Positions 22,212-30,186 of a stretch of DNA of 64,000 bases are shown piece after piece (position 1 is the stretch's first letter; the number at the start of each line of letters is the position of its first letter). Both the position numbers and the translations under genes were made by a program. The notes under the pieces are model-generated. The model was not told the origin of the DNA. It did no database searches and saw only the letters and a list, made by a program, of their open reading frames with translations. This DNA comes from Actinomycetota bacterium. Lineage in GTDB: Bacteria > Actinomycetota > UBA4738 > HRBIN12. Where the stretch lies: contig JBKPKU010000086.1 in the NCBI GenBank assembly GCA_046731295.1, forward strand, positions 811-64,810. The letters are read 5' to 3'.

Positions 22212-23855
22212 ATGGTCGACCAGCGCGAACGGCAGGCGCCCGAGGAGTTGAAGGCCGACGAGGCCCTGACGCTGTCGGGCCAGCCGCTCGAACCCGTCTA
22301 CACGGCCCGCGACCTCGAGGGATTCGACGCCGAGACCAAGCTCGGGCGTCCCGGCGCCTACCCTTTCACGCGAGGCGTCTACCCGTCGATGTACCGGGGG
22401 CGGCTGTGGACGATGCGGCAGTTCGCGGGGTTCGGTTCGCCGGCCGAGACCAACGAGCGCTACCGCTTCCTGCTCGAACGAGGCCAGGGCGGCCTCTCGG
22501 TCGCGTTCGACATGCCGACGCTGATGGGGCGCGACTCCGACGACCCGCTGTCCGAGGGCGAGGTGGGGCGCTGCGGCGTTGCCACGGACACGCTCGACGA
22601 CTTCGACGCGCTGTTCGACCGGATCCCGCTCGGCGACATCTCGACCTCGATGACGATCAGCGGCCCGGCGGTCGTCGTGTTCGCGTTCTTCCTGGCCGCG
22701 GCCGAGAAGCAGGGGGTCCCGTGGGAGCGCCTCGACGGAACGCTGCAGACCGACATCCTCAAGGAGTACATCGCCCAGAAGGAGTGGGTGTTCCCGCCGC
22801 GGCCGCACCTGCGGCTGATCGGCGACCTGATGGCGTTCTGCCTCGAACGCGTCCCGAGGTGGCACCCGATCAGCGTCTCCGGGTACCACATCCGCGAGGC
22901 CGGGGCGAGCGCCTGGCAGGAGCTCGCGTACACCCTGGCCGACGGGTTCGCCTACGTCGAGCTCGGACAGGAGCGGGGGCTCGACGTCGACCGGTTCGCC
23001 CCCGGGCTGTCGTTCTTCTTCAACGCGCACATCGACTTCTTCGAGGAGATCGCCAAGTACCGCGCGGCCCGTCGCATCTGGGCCCGCTGGTTGAAGGAGC
23101 GGTACGGCGCGAAGGACGAGTCCTCGATGCGCCTGCGTTTCCACACGCAGACGGCCGGCGTCTCGCTCACCGCGCAGCAGCCGATGAACAACGTGGTCCG
23201 GACGGCGATCGAGGCGCTGGCCGCGGTGCTGGGGGGGACGCAGTCGCTGCACACGAACGCGCTCGATGAGGTGCTCGCCCTGCCGACCGAGGACGCCGCC
23301 AAGCTCGCGCTCCGGACCCAACAGATCATCGCCTACGAGACCGGCGTCCCCGACGTGATCGACCCGCTGGGCGGCTCGTACTTCCTCGAGACGCTCACCG
23401 ACCGGATGGAGGAGCTCGCCGAGGCCGAGTTCGCGCGTATCGACGCGATGGGCAACGGCTCGATGCTCGAGGGCGTACTGACCGGCATCGAGCGCGGGGT
23501 CTTCCAGCAGGCGATCGCCGAGTCCGCGTTCGCCGAGCAGGAACGCTTCGAGCGCGGCGACCTGGTCAAGGTCGGGGTGACCGACTTCGTCGAGCCCGAG
23601 GCGCAGGAGGTCGAGATCCTCGAGATCCCGCCCGAGGTCGAGGCCGAGCAGATCCATCGCGTCGGCGCCGTGCGCGAACGCCGGGACCGGGCCGCCGCCG
23701 AGCGCGCACTGGCCCGCCTGGCGGAGCTCGCCGCGACCGACGCCAACCTGGTCGAGCCGATGGTCGACTGCGCCCGGGCCCTGTGCACGGAGGGCGAGAT
23801 CATCGGGGCGTTGCGGGGGGTGTTCGGCTCGTACACCGAGACGCCCCGCTTCTGA
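22212..23855 (+). CDS. B12-dependent acyl-CoA mutase large (catalytic) subunit, isobutyryl-CoA mutase-like signature
   Basis: GGAGGAG RBS. The motifs read [26 protein letters not shown] ... [17 protein letters not shown] ... [16 protein letters not shown]. No C-terminal cobalamin-binding domain is present. Confidence 0.85.
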   Translation: MVDQRERQAPEELKADEALTLSGQPLEPVYTARDLEGFDAETKLGRPGAYPFTRGVYPSMYRGRLWTMRQFAGFGSPAETNERYRFLLERGQGGLSVAFDMPTLMGRDSDDPLSEGEVGRCGVATDTLDDFDALFDRIPLGDISTSMTISGPAVVVFAFFLAAAEKQGVPWERLDGTLQTDILKEYIAQKEWVFPPRPHLRLIGDLMAFCLERVPRWHPISVSGYHIREAGASAWQELAYTLADGFAYVELGQERGLDVDRFAPGLSFFFNAHIDFFEEIAKYRAARRIWARWLKERYGAKDESSMRLRFHTQTAGVSLTAQQPMNNVVRTAIEALAAVLGGTQSLHTNALDEVLALPTEDAAKLALRTQQIIAYETGVPDVIDPLGGSYFLETLTDRMEELAEAEFARIDAMGNGSMLEGVLTGIERGVFQQAIAESAFAEQERFERGDLVKVGVTDFVEPEAQEVEILEIPPEVEAEQIHRVGAVRERRDRAAAERALARLAELAATDANLVEPMVDCARALCTEGEIIGALRGVFGSYTETPRF

Positions 23856-23880
23856 CGAGACAGGCCTAGTTGCAAGGCCC

Positions 23881-23900
23881 CGCAGTTGCCAAAGACTGCG
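23881..23900 (+). terminator. Hairpin after the mutase gene (CGCAGT-N8-ACTGCG), no T tract
   Basis: A perfect 6-bp inverted repeat lying 26 nt after the stop codon. Confidence 0.25.
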
Positions 23901-23951
23901 TCAGCGTGCTTTCATGGTTCGAACGGTTGCTCCACTCGAACAGGGGAAGAC

Positions 23952-24845
23952 GTGCTCGCAGAGGCTTCACAGGCGCTCGGCATCGGGGTCATCGTGTCGG
24001 CGTTCCTCTTCGGGTTCCGCCACGGCATCGACTGGGACCACATCGCGGCGATCACCGACATCACCAGCTCCCAGGACGAACGTGGTCGGGCGCTCGAATA
24101 CGGCACCACGTACGCGCTCGGTCACGCCCTGGTGGTCTTCCTGATCGGCACCGCCGCAATCGTCCTGGGCACGCGTCTGCCCGAAGGCGTCGACGATGTG
24201 ATGGAGCGCGTCGTCGGCGTGACCCTGATCGCGCTGGGCGTCTACGTGTTCGTGGCGCTGGTCCGTCACGGTCGCGAGTTCCGCATGCGGAGCCGATGGA
24301 TGCTGATCTTCACCGGCGCGAACAAGGTCTACCGCAAGCTCGGCGGGGGCCGACGCTCCAACGCGCACGAGCTCGAGCCCGTGCATGAGCACGCGGATCC
24401 GGTCGGCTCATTGTCGGTCGCCGTGGCGGACGACATCCCGGTGTCCGAGTGGCACCACGGCCATCACGGCCGCCCCGGCCACCATCACCACAAGCACCCC
24501 GAGAGCGACGACGCCTTCATGAACTACGGGCGCGGCACAGCGTTCGGGGTCGGGATGATCCACGGGATCGGCGCCGAGACGCCGACCCAAGTGGTGATCT
24601 TCCTCACCGCGGCCGGCGCCGGCGGCCAGCTGGCTGGCGAGCTGATCCTGGCCGTGTTCCTCATCGGGCTCCTGGCCTCGAACACGCTCATAACGGTCGG
24701 GTCCGCGTTCGGCTTCGTGACTGCGTCCAAGAACTGGAAGCTGTACGTCACGGTCGCGATCCTGACGGCGACCATGAGCCTGGTGATCGGGACCCTGTTC
24801 CTGTTCGGCGAGGGGAGCCTGCTCCCGGCGTTCTTCGGCGGCTGA
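23952..24845 (+). CDS. NicO/RcnA-family nickel/cobalt transporter with His-rich loop
   Basis: GTG 23952 lies in frame in ORF 23886-24845. It has the HGIDWDH (HX4DH-type) motif, the loop WHHGHHGRPGHHHHKH, and about 6 TM segments. Confidence 0.75.
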   Translation: MLAEASQALGIGVIVSAFLFGFRHGIDWDHIAAITDITSSQDERGRALEYGTTYALGHALVVFLIGTAAIVLGTRLPEGVDDVMERVVGVTLIALGVYVFVALVRHGREFRMRSRWMLIFTGANKVYRKLGGGRRSNAHELEPVHEHADPVGSLSVAVADDIPVSEWHHGHHGRPGHHHHKHPESDDAFMNYGRGTAFGVGMIHGIGAETPTQVVIFLTAAGAGGQLAGELILAVFLIGLLASNTLITVGSAFGFVTASKNWKLYVTVAILTATMSLVIGTLFLFGEGSLLPAFFGG

Positions 24846-24848
24846 CGC

Positions 24849-25292
24849 TCAGACGGCGGGGCCCCGCGCCTTGCGGCAGTCGGCGCACAGGCCACCGATC
24901 GCGAAGTGCGTCAGGTCGGGCTCGAACCCGTGATGGCGCTCGATCAGCCGGACGAGCTCGCCGGCCTCCTCGAGCGACAGGTCGTCCTCGTCCCCGCAGT
25001 TCGAGCAGGTGAGGTGCACGTGCCCGGCGTCCTCGGCGCGGTGATACTCGGCGCCGCTCTCCAGGTGGGCGTGGGCGAGCACCCCCATCTCCTCGAGCAT
25101 CGACAGGGTGCGGTAGATCGTCGATGCGTTCACGCCGGGCATGTCCGCCTGGACCTTCCTGGCCAAGGTGGTGGGGGAGATATGGCCCTGGCTGCGCATG
25201 ATCTCGGCCACGATGGCCCGCCGCTGGGGCGTCATGCGTAGGCCGCGCGCCCGCAGGGCGCCGACGACATCCGCCTCGGACGCTCGTTCCAT
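24849..25292 (-). CDS. Fur-family metalloregulator
   Basis: A 147-aa reading at the end of ORF 24849-25919. It has the winged helix RMTPQRRAIVAEI, a His cluster HAHLESGAEYH, and CSNC...CADC. Confidence 0.85.
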   Translation of the reverse strand: MERASEADVVGALRARGLRMTPQRRAIVAEIMRSQGHISPTTLARKVQADMPGVNASTIYRTLSMLEEMGVLAHAHLESGAEYHRAEDAGHVHLTCSNCGDEDDLSLEEAGELVRLIERHHGFEPDLTHFAIGGLCADCRKARGPAV

Positions 25293-25298
25293 GATGCG

Positions 25299-25324
25299 AT
25301 TGTAGCAGCGAGTTGCAGGTGCAA
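25299..25324 (-). promoter_or_regulatory. Candidate leaderless promoter (-10 TACAAT) and palindromic operator TTGCACCTGCAA of the fur-family gene
   Basis: On the minus strand, TACAAT (25304-25299) lies 6 nt before ATG 25292. A perfect 5-2-5 palindrome sits at 25313-25324. Confidence 0.35.
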
Positions 25325-25342
25325 TTCGGGGGGATGTCGCGG

Positions 25343-26239
25343 TCAGTCGGGCGGCGGCAGACCGAGCACCCGCGCCGCCCAGGGTAGCGCCCTCCGGGCC
25401 TGCACGAGCTGGACCTCGCGGACGGTGGGCGCGGTGGGCACCGGCGGCCTCGCGGCCCGGGCGCAGAAGAATGCCGCGCACGTCGAGACCAACGCCGGGT
25501 CGGCCTCGGGCAGCACGGTCTCGGGCGCCGGCCCGCCCTCGGCCTCGAGCGACGGGAGCCAGAACACCACGTCGATCTGCGGGTTCCCCACGGACGTGAG
25601 GTTCCAGTCGATCAGGACGGCCCGGCCGTCGTCGGGTCGGAAGCACACGTTGTCGCTCCGCACGTCGAAATGCAGCAGGGCGTCGCCCCCGAACGCGGCC
25701 ACGTCGGCCGCCTCGCGGAACGCGTCCAGGTGCTCGGACAGCCACGGCTCCGAGCACAGCCCGAGCCGCAGGAACGGTTCGGGCGATCGGGCGATCTCGT
25801 CCCACCCGCCCGCGATCTCGCGCGCGTCGTCGGTCGCCACGGCCGTCCCGGGCGGCGGCTCGGTCGCCCACACCTGCTCCAGCGACGCGAGCAGGGCCGA
25901 GATCCCGGCCGCATCCCACGGGGGTGGCCAGGTTCCCGAGGACAGGTCCTCGAGCGCCAGCACCGGGTGCTCCCCGTCGTCGCAGTAGCCGATGTAGCCG
26001 GGCACGAACGACGCCCCGAGCAGATGCTGGTAGACGACGTGCTCATCGCGGAGCCAGCTCGCGGTGAGCTCGTCGGTCGCCACCTTGGCGAACGCGGTCC
26101 TCCCGTCCTCGAGCGTCACGATCCAGCGGCGGGCCGGCGTGTGTCCGCCGCTTCTCACCGGCTCCCAGCCTGCGGGCGCGGCGCGCAGGCGCTTGAGCGC
26201 CCGGCGGACGTTCGCGATCTCGCGCTCGGTCGGTTCCAT
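25343..26239 (-). CDS. Aminoglycoside/choline-kinase-like phosphotransferase (APH family)
   Basis: The catalytic loop reads HFDVRSDN, with a downstream LIDWN. The protein is 298 aa. Confidence 0.75.
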   Translation of the reverse strand: MEPTEREIANVRRALKRLRAAPAGWEPVRSGGHTPARRWIVTLEDGRTAFAKVATDELTASWLRDEHVVYQHLLGASFVPGYIGYCDDGEHPVLALEDLSSGTWPPPWDAAGISALLASLEQVWATEPPPGTAVATDDAREIAGGWDEIARSPEPFLRLGLCSEPWLSEHLDAFREAADVAAFGGDALLHFDVRSDNVCFRPDDGRAVLIDWNLTSVGNPQIDVVFWLPSLEAEGGPAPETVLPEADPALVSTCAAFFCARAARPPVPTAPTVREVQLVQARRALPWAARVLGLPPPD

Positions 26240-26265
26240 GGGTGGTCTGCGAGGATAGGCCCCCG

Positions 26266-27036
26266 ATGGGGGAGTTCGTACGCATCGAGAAGCGGGGAGC
26301 GGTGGCGACGATCCAACTGGACCGGCCGCCCGCCAACGCGCTGGCCCGCGAGGTCTCGCTGGAACTCTCGGCGGCCGCCAAGGAGGTGACCGCCGACGAC
26401 GGCGTTCGGGCCGTCGTCGTGTGGGGCGGGGAACGCATCTTCGCCGCCGGCGCGGACATCAAGGCCATGGTGGAGTACGGGCCCGAGGAGGTCGCCGCCG
26501 ACGTCGGCGCGCTCGAGCAGGCCTGCCGCGACGTCGAGGCAATCCCCACGATCACGATCGCGGCGATCGACGGCTACGCGCTCGGCGGAGGGTGCGAGTT
26601 GGCCCTGTCCTGCGACTTCCGGTTCGCGGCCCGGGACGCCCGGATCGGGCTGCCCGAGGTGCGGCTCGGGATCATCCCCGGCTCGGGAGGGACGCAGCGG
26701 CTACCCCGGGTCGTCGGCCTGCCGAAGGCCCGGGACCTCATCTACACCGGCCGCCAGGTCGACCCGGCCGAGGCGCTCGAGATCGGCCTGGTGGACCGGG
26801 TCGCCGATGGGGACGACGTCCACGCCCTGGCGATCGAGCACGCGACCGCGTTCGCGAACGGTCCGACGCTCGCCTACGCCGCGGCCAAGCGGGCGCTGGC
26901 GGCGTCCGATCGTTCGCTCGAGCAGGGTCTGGCGGTCGAGCGCGAGGCGTTCGTGCAGCTGTTCGCCACGCGCGACCAGGAGGAGGGTATGCGCGCCTTC
27001 CTCGACAAGCGCGAGCCCGAGTTCGAGGGGAGGTAG
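26266..27036 (+). CDS. Enoyl-CoA hydratase/isomerase (crotonase) family
   Basis: ATG 26266 follows a GAGGA RBS. Motifs include GGGCELALSCD and PEVRLGIIPGSGGTQRL. Confidence 0.85.
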   Translation: MGEFVRIEKRGAVATIQLDRPPANALAREVSLELSAAAKEVTADDGVRAVVVWGGERIFAAGADIKAMVEYGPEEVAADVGALEQACRDVEAIPTITIAAIDGYALGGGCELALSCDFRFAARDARIGLPEVRLGIIPGSGGTQRLPRVVGLPKARDLIYTGRQVDPAEALEIGLVDRVADGDDVHALAIEHATAFANGPTLAYAAAKRALAASDRSLEQGLAVEREAFVQLFATRDQEEGMRAFLDKREPEFEGR

Positions 27037-27037
27037 C

Positions 27038-27529
27038 GTGCGGGTTCGACAGGCGACCCCCGACGACGTGCCCTCATTGGTGGCGCTGTTCCAGGAGCTG
27101 GACCGGATGCAAGCCGACTGGCGGGTGTTCACGCCCCGGCCGGGTTTCTACGACGAGGTGGGCGCCAAGTACCGGGAGGCGCTCGGCGACCCGGACCAGG
27201 TGGTCCTGGTGGCCGAGGACGACGAGGGCGAGGTCGTCGGCATGGCGATCGGCGAGGCCCGGACTCCCTCCCGGTTCTCGGACGAGCGCGCCCTGGAGCT
27301 GTCCGGCGTGGTCGTCCGGGCCGGCTACCGCGGCCGCGGGGTGGGCCGCGAGCTGGTCCACGAGGCCGGCCGGTTCGCCGCCGACCGCGGGGTCCCCTGG
27401 GTCGAGCTGAAGACCTTCGCCCCCAACCGCGGGGCCATGGAGTTCTGGGAGGACCTGGGGTTCAGCCCCCGGGTCGTCCAGCTCACGAGCCCCACCGACA
27501 CCCTGCTCGAACGGCTCGAGGGTCGCTAG
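27038..27529 (+). CDS. GNAT family N-acetyltransferase
   Basis: GTG 27038 lies 1 nt after the upstream stop. It has the acetyl-CoA motif RGRGVGRELV. Confidence 0.75.
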   Translation: MRVRQATPDDVPSLVALFQELDRMQADWRVFTPRPGFYDEVGAKYREALGDPDQVVLVAEDDEGEVVGMAIGEARTPSRFSDERALELSGVVVRAGYRGRGVGRELVHEAGRFAADRGVPWVELKTFAPNRGAMEFWEDLGFSPRVVQLTSPTDTLLERLEGR

Positions 27530-27656
27530 AACCCTCTGCAGGCACGGATCTGCCGTCGCCCGGGAACGAACCGGGCTCCCGATTGGTTCGAATGTAGGCG
27601 TGAAGCCTGAGCGTCCCCCGGCGGGACGCACGGACCGAGGCTAGAGGAGAGGAACG

Positions 27657-27866
27657 ATGGCCGATCAGGCGTACCGCGGAGCCCGCATCCGCGAGCTTCC
27701 TCGGGCCAACCGCACCTACGAGGCCGGGCGCGTCTGCGCTGCCGAGGGGTGCCAGACCAAGTTGTCCATCTACAACCGGTGGGAGTTCTGCTGGCAGCAC
27801 GAACCCGTTCACACGTACATCTCGCGCGGCAAGCGCAGGAGCCGCAAGGAGATGGAGGCCGCGTAA
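27657..27866 (+). CDS. Small (69 aa) CCCH zinc-finger protein, function unknown
   Basis: The RBS AGAGGAGAGG is strong. The finger reads C-x4-C-x12-C-x2-H (CAAEGCQTKLSIYNRWEFCWQH). The tail is basic. Confidence 0.65.
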   Translation: MADQAYRGARIRELPRANRTYEAGRVCAAEGCQTKLSIYNRWEFCWQHEPVHTYISRGKRRSRKEMEAA

Positions 27867-27889
27867 GCCCCCCTACGCGCCTTCCCCAC

Positions 27890-27922
27890 GGAAGCCCTTT
27901 TCGCGGCCGCGGAAGGGCTTCC
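27890..27922 (+). terminator. 10-bp-stem hairpin GGAAGCCCTT-N13-AAGGGCTTCC after the small zinc-finger gene
   Basis: A perfect inverted repeat lying 24 nt after the stop codon. There is no clear T tract. Confidence 0.4.
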
Positions 27923-27941
27923 GGCCTAACTTCCGGCCTAA
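27918..27941. repeat. Two copies of a 12-bp tandem duplication (cttccggcctaa)
   Basis: Exact copies at 27918-27929 and 27930-27941, overlapping the 3' arm of the hairpin. Confidence 0.9.
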
Positions 27942-28026
27942 GTGGAACGTCTCATCAAGGGCGACACGCCCGCTCCCGACAACCTGTGGCAGAACGGCTT
28001 CCGTCCCCAACGAAGGCGACCAACGC

Positions 28027-28200
28027 ATGCCTCAGGACGTGGGCGCTCCGGAGATGCGGGAGGCCGAGTGCCCCTATTGCGAGCGCAGGGTCCTCCTCTA
28101 CGAGGGCCCCCCGACCTGTCCCCTCTGCGCCTGTCCCATCGAGCGAGACCGGATTCGCCCCTACTCGTGGCCCGACGAGGAGCCGTCCCCATGGGACTGA
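28027..28200 (+). CDS. Small (57 aa) zinc-ribbon protein, not in the ORF track (below size cut-off)
   Basis: The sequence is MPQDVGAPEMREAECPYCERRVLLYEGPPTCPLCACPIERDRIRPYSWPDEEPSPWD. It has CxxC-x12-CxxC. 49 of 57 third positions are G/C, and AAGG lies about 12 nt upstream. The last 40 nt overlap a convergent ORF. Confidence 0.45.
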   Translation: MPQDVGAPEMREAECPYCERRVLLYEGPPTCPLCACPIERDRIRPYSWPDEEPSPWD

Positions 28201-28415
28201 CCGGGCGACGCCAGCACCCGGTCGGCGATCGCCTTGGCCTCGTCCAGGCGGTCGCGGTCGACGAACAGCCGGATGCTGTGCTCCCAGATCTGGCTGAAGA
28301 ACCCCGGCGCCTTGTACCACCACACGATGCCGGCCTTCTCCAGCTCGCCGGCGATCGCCTCGGCGTGCGCGTGCGTGTAGGCGCCGAGGTGGACGGTGTG
28401 GACGTCCTCGGTCAC
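28161..28415 (-). CDS. Small (84 aa) hypothetical protein translationally coupled to pabBC
   Basis: GTG 28415-28413 overlaps the pabBC stop (GTGA). Nearly all third positions are G/C. The sequence is VTEDVHTVHLGAYTHAHAEAIAGELEKAGIVWWYKAPGFFSQIWEHSIRLFVDRDRLDEAKAIADRVL... Confidence 0.55.
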   Translation of the reverse strand: MTEDVHTVHLGAYTHAHAEAIAGELEKAGIVWWYKAPGFFSQIWEHSIRLFVDRDRLDEAKAIADRVLASPGQSHGDGSSSGHE

Positions 28416-30184
28416 GGGACGAGCGTCGCAGGCCGCCACCCGCGAGCCGAGCTCACGAGCGCGATCCCGGCTGCGTGCCGAAGCTCGTCCACCGTGACGG
28501 GCCGCTCGGCGAGCCGGCCCTCGCGGACCAGCACCGCGCGGTAGGTCCCCGGCAGCAGGCCGGACGAGATCGGCGGGGTCACCCACGCGCCGTCGAGTTC
28601 GACCACGAGATTCGCGATCGTGGACTCGGTCGCCTCGCCGCGGTCGCTCACCAGGATCACGTCGTCGACGTCGGGTCGCCGTTCGCGCCGGCGGTCGTAC
28701 GGCGCGCGGCGCGAGGTCTTGTGGAACAGCCAGACGTCGTTCGGGTCCACCGGCTCGTCGTCGAGGGCGACGCGGACCTGCCGGTCGGCGGGCGGGAGGT
28801 CGCGGATGTCCGTGGCGAGCGTCCCGTCGCTGGCGAGCGTGAGCCGGACCAAGCTCGTGCCGGACGTCTCGGCCACCGCCTCCTTGAGCATGGCGGCCGC
28901 GGCCTCGGCGTCGAACCGGAAGCCGAAGTAGGACGCGGACGAGCCCATGCGCTCCAGGTGCTCGGGCAGGTGGCGGAACCCCTCGGCCGGCAGGTGCGGC
29001 ACGGTCTCGAACAGCTCGAACGCCGGCCGCACCTCGCGCAGCACGCGCGCCTTGGCGAGGACCTCGTCGTACTCGGCCGGCGCCGACGAGTCGTGGGTGA
29101 TGCCGCCGCCGACGCCGTACTCGGCGACCTGGGTTCGGGCGTCGAGGACCACCGTGCGGATCGCGACGTTGAAGTTCGCGCGCGGCTCGCCCGATCCGGG
29201 CGGCGCGAGGTAGCCGATCGCCCCGCAGTACGGACCGCGGGCCGAGTCCTCCAGCTCGGCGATGATCCGCATCGTGCGGATCTTCGGCGCGCCGGTGACC
29301 GAGCCGCTGGGGAACAGCGCGCGGAACGTCTCGAGCAGCGTCGTGCCCGCCGGCAGGTCGCCCTCGATCGTCGAGGTGAGCTGCCACACGGTCTCGTAGC
29401 GCTCGGCCTCGAACAGGCTCCCCACCTCGACCGAACCCGGCCGGCAGATGCGGCCGAGGTCGTTGCGGAGCAGGTCCACGATCATCGCGTTCTCGGCGCG
29501 GTCCTTGGCCGATCCGATCAGGCGGGCTGCGATCTCGTCGTCCTCGGCGAGCCAGCGCCCGCGCGGCGCGGTGCCTTTCATCGGCCGCGTGCGGATCCGG
29601 TCGCCGTCGATCCGGAAGAACAGCTCGGGTGAGGCGGACACGACGCGGTGGCGGCCGAGGTCCAGGTAGGCGGCGTAGCCGCCGCGCTGCGCGAGGCCCA
29701 GGTCCCGGTACAGGCCGCGCGCGTCGCCGAGGATCGAGGCGCGCAGCCGGATCGTGTGGTTGACCTGGTACGTATGACCCGCGGCGATCAGCTCGCGGAT
29801 GCGTTCGATCGCCGCGGTGTAGGTCGCGCGGTCGACGCTCGGGCGCCACGGCGACTCGGCGGCGGGCGGCGGCGGGCCGTGGGCGGGTTCGAGCGGCGGG
29901 ACGTCCTCCTTGCGCTCGAACAGCGCAAACCAGGCGAGCGGCATCTCGGCGAACGGGTCGTCGGGCCCCCGAGCGCGCACCGAAAGTTCGGCGTCCAGGC
30001 CGGGCGCCGCCTCGTACGCGACGTAGCCGGCGGCCCACAGGCCCCGGGATGCGGCCGCCTCGGCGGCCTCGATCGCGTCGGGGACCTCGCCCGCGCGGCG
30101 GGCCTCGATCACGCCCACGGGCTCGGCCAGGCGGAACGACCGCTCGGCGCCCGGCAGCAGGTCGTCGAACCGCGCCTCGATCAC
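28412..30184 (-). CDS. pabB: Aminodeoxychorismate synthase component I fused to aminodeoxychorismate lyase-like (class IV aminotransferase) domain
   Basis: The chorismate-binding region has SPELFF, PMKGT and GAPK motifs. The C-terminal roughly 200 aa contain LFHKTS, and LLPGTYR resembles class IV PLP enzymes. Confidence 0.8.
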   Translation of the reverse strand: MIEARFDDLLPGAERSFRLAEPVGVIEARRAGEVPDAIEAAEAAASRGLWAAGYVAYEAAPGLDAELSVRARGPDDPFAEMPLAWFALFERKEDVPPLEPAHGPPPPAAESPWRPSVDRATYTAAIERIRELIAAGHTYQVNHTIRLRASILGDARGLYRDLGLAQRGGYAAYLDLGRHRVVSASPELFFRIDGDRIRTRPMKGTAPRGRWLAEDDEIAARLIGSAKDRAENAMIVDLLRNDLGRICRPGSVEVGSLFEAERYETVWQLTSTIEGDLPAGTTLLETFRALFPSGSVTGAPKIRTMRIIAELEDSARGPYCGAIGYLAPPGSGEPRANFNVAIRTVVLDARTQVAEYGVGGGITHDSSAPAEYDEVLAKARVLREVRPAFELFETVPHLPAEGFRHLPEHLERMGSSASYFGFRFDAEAAAAMLKEAVAETSGTSLVRLTLASDGTLATDIRDLPPADRQVRVALDDEPVDPNDVWLFHKTSRRAPYDRRRERRPDVDDVILVSDRGEATESTIANLVVELDGAWVTPPISSGLLPGTYRAVLVREGRLAERPVTVDELRHAAGIALVSSARGWRPATLVP

Positions 30185-30186
30185 CG

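Noticed and set aside
23856-23951. A possible cobalamin or NiCo (czcD-type) riboswitch in front of the Ni/Co transporter.
   Set aside because: I cannot find a B12 box or any conserved core that I can confidently recall. The region is only 96 nt, and a simple hairpin plus TTGCA motifs explain it adequately. A covariance-model search (Rfam) would be needed to settle it.
27749-28544. The 182-aa (27749-28297) and 200-aa (27942-28544) plus-strand ORFs in the GNAT-pabBC gap, and the minus-strand ORFs at 27938-28192 and 27955-28323.
   Set aside because: The translations are Arg/Pro/Ser/Gly-rich with poor codon-position bias. The region is better explained by the 57-aa zinc-ribbon ORF and the 84-aa minus-strand ORF.
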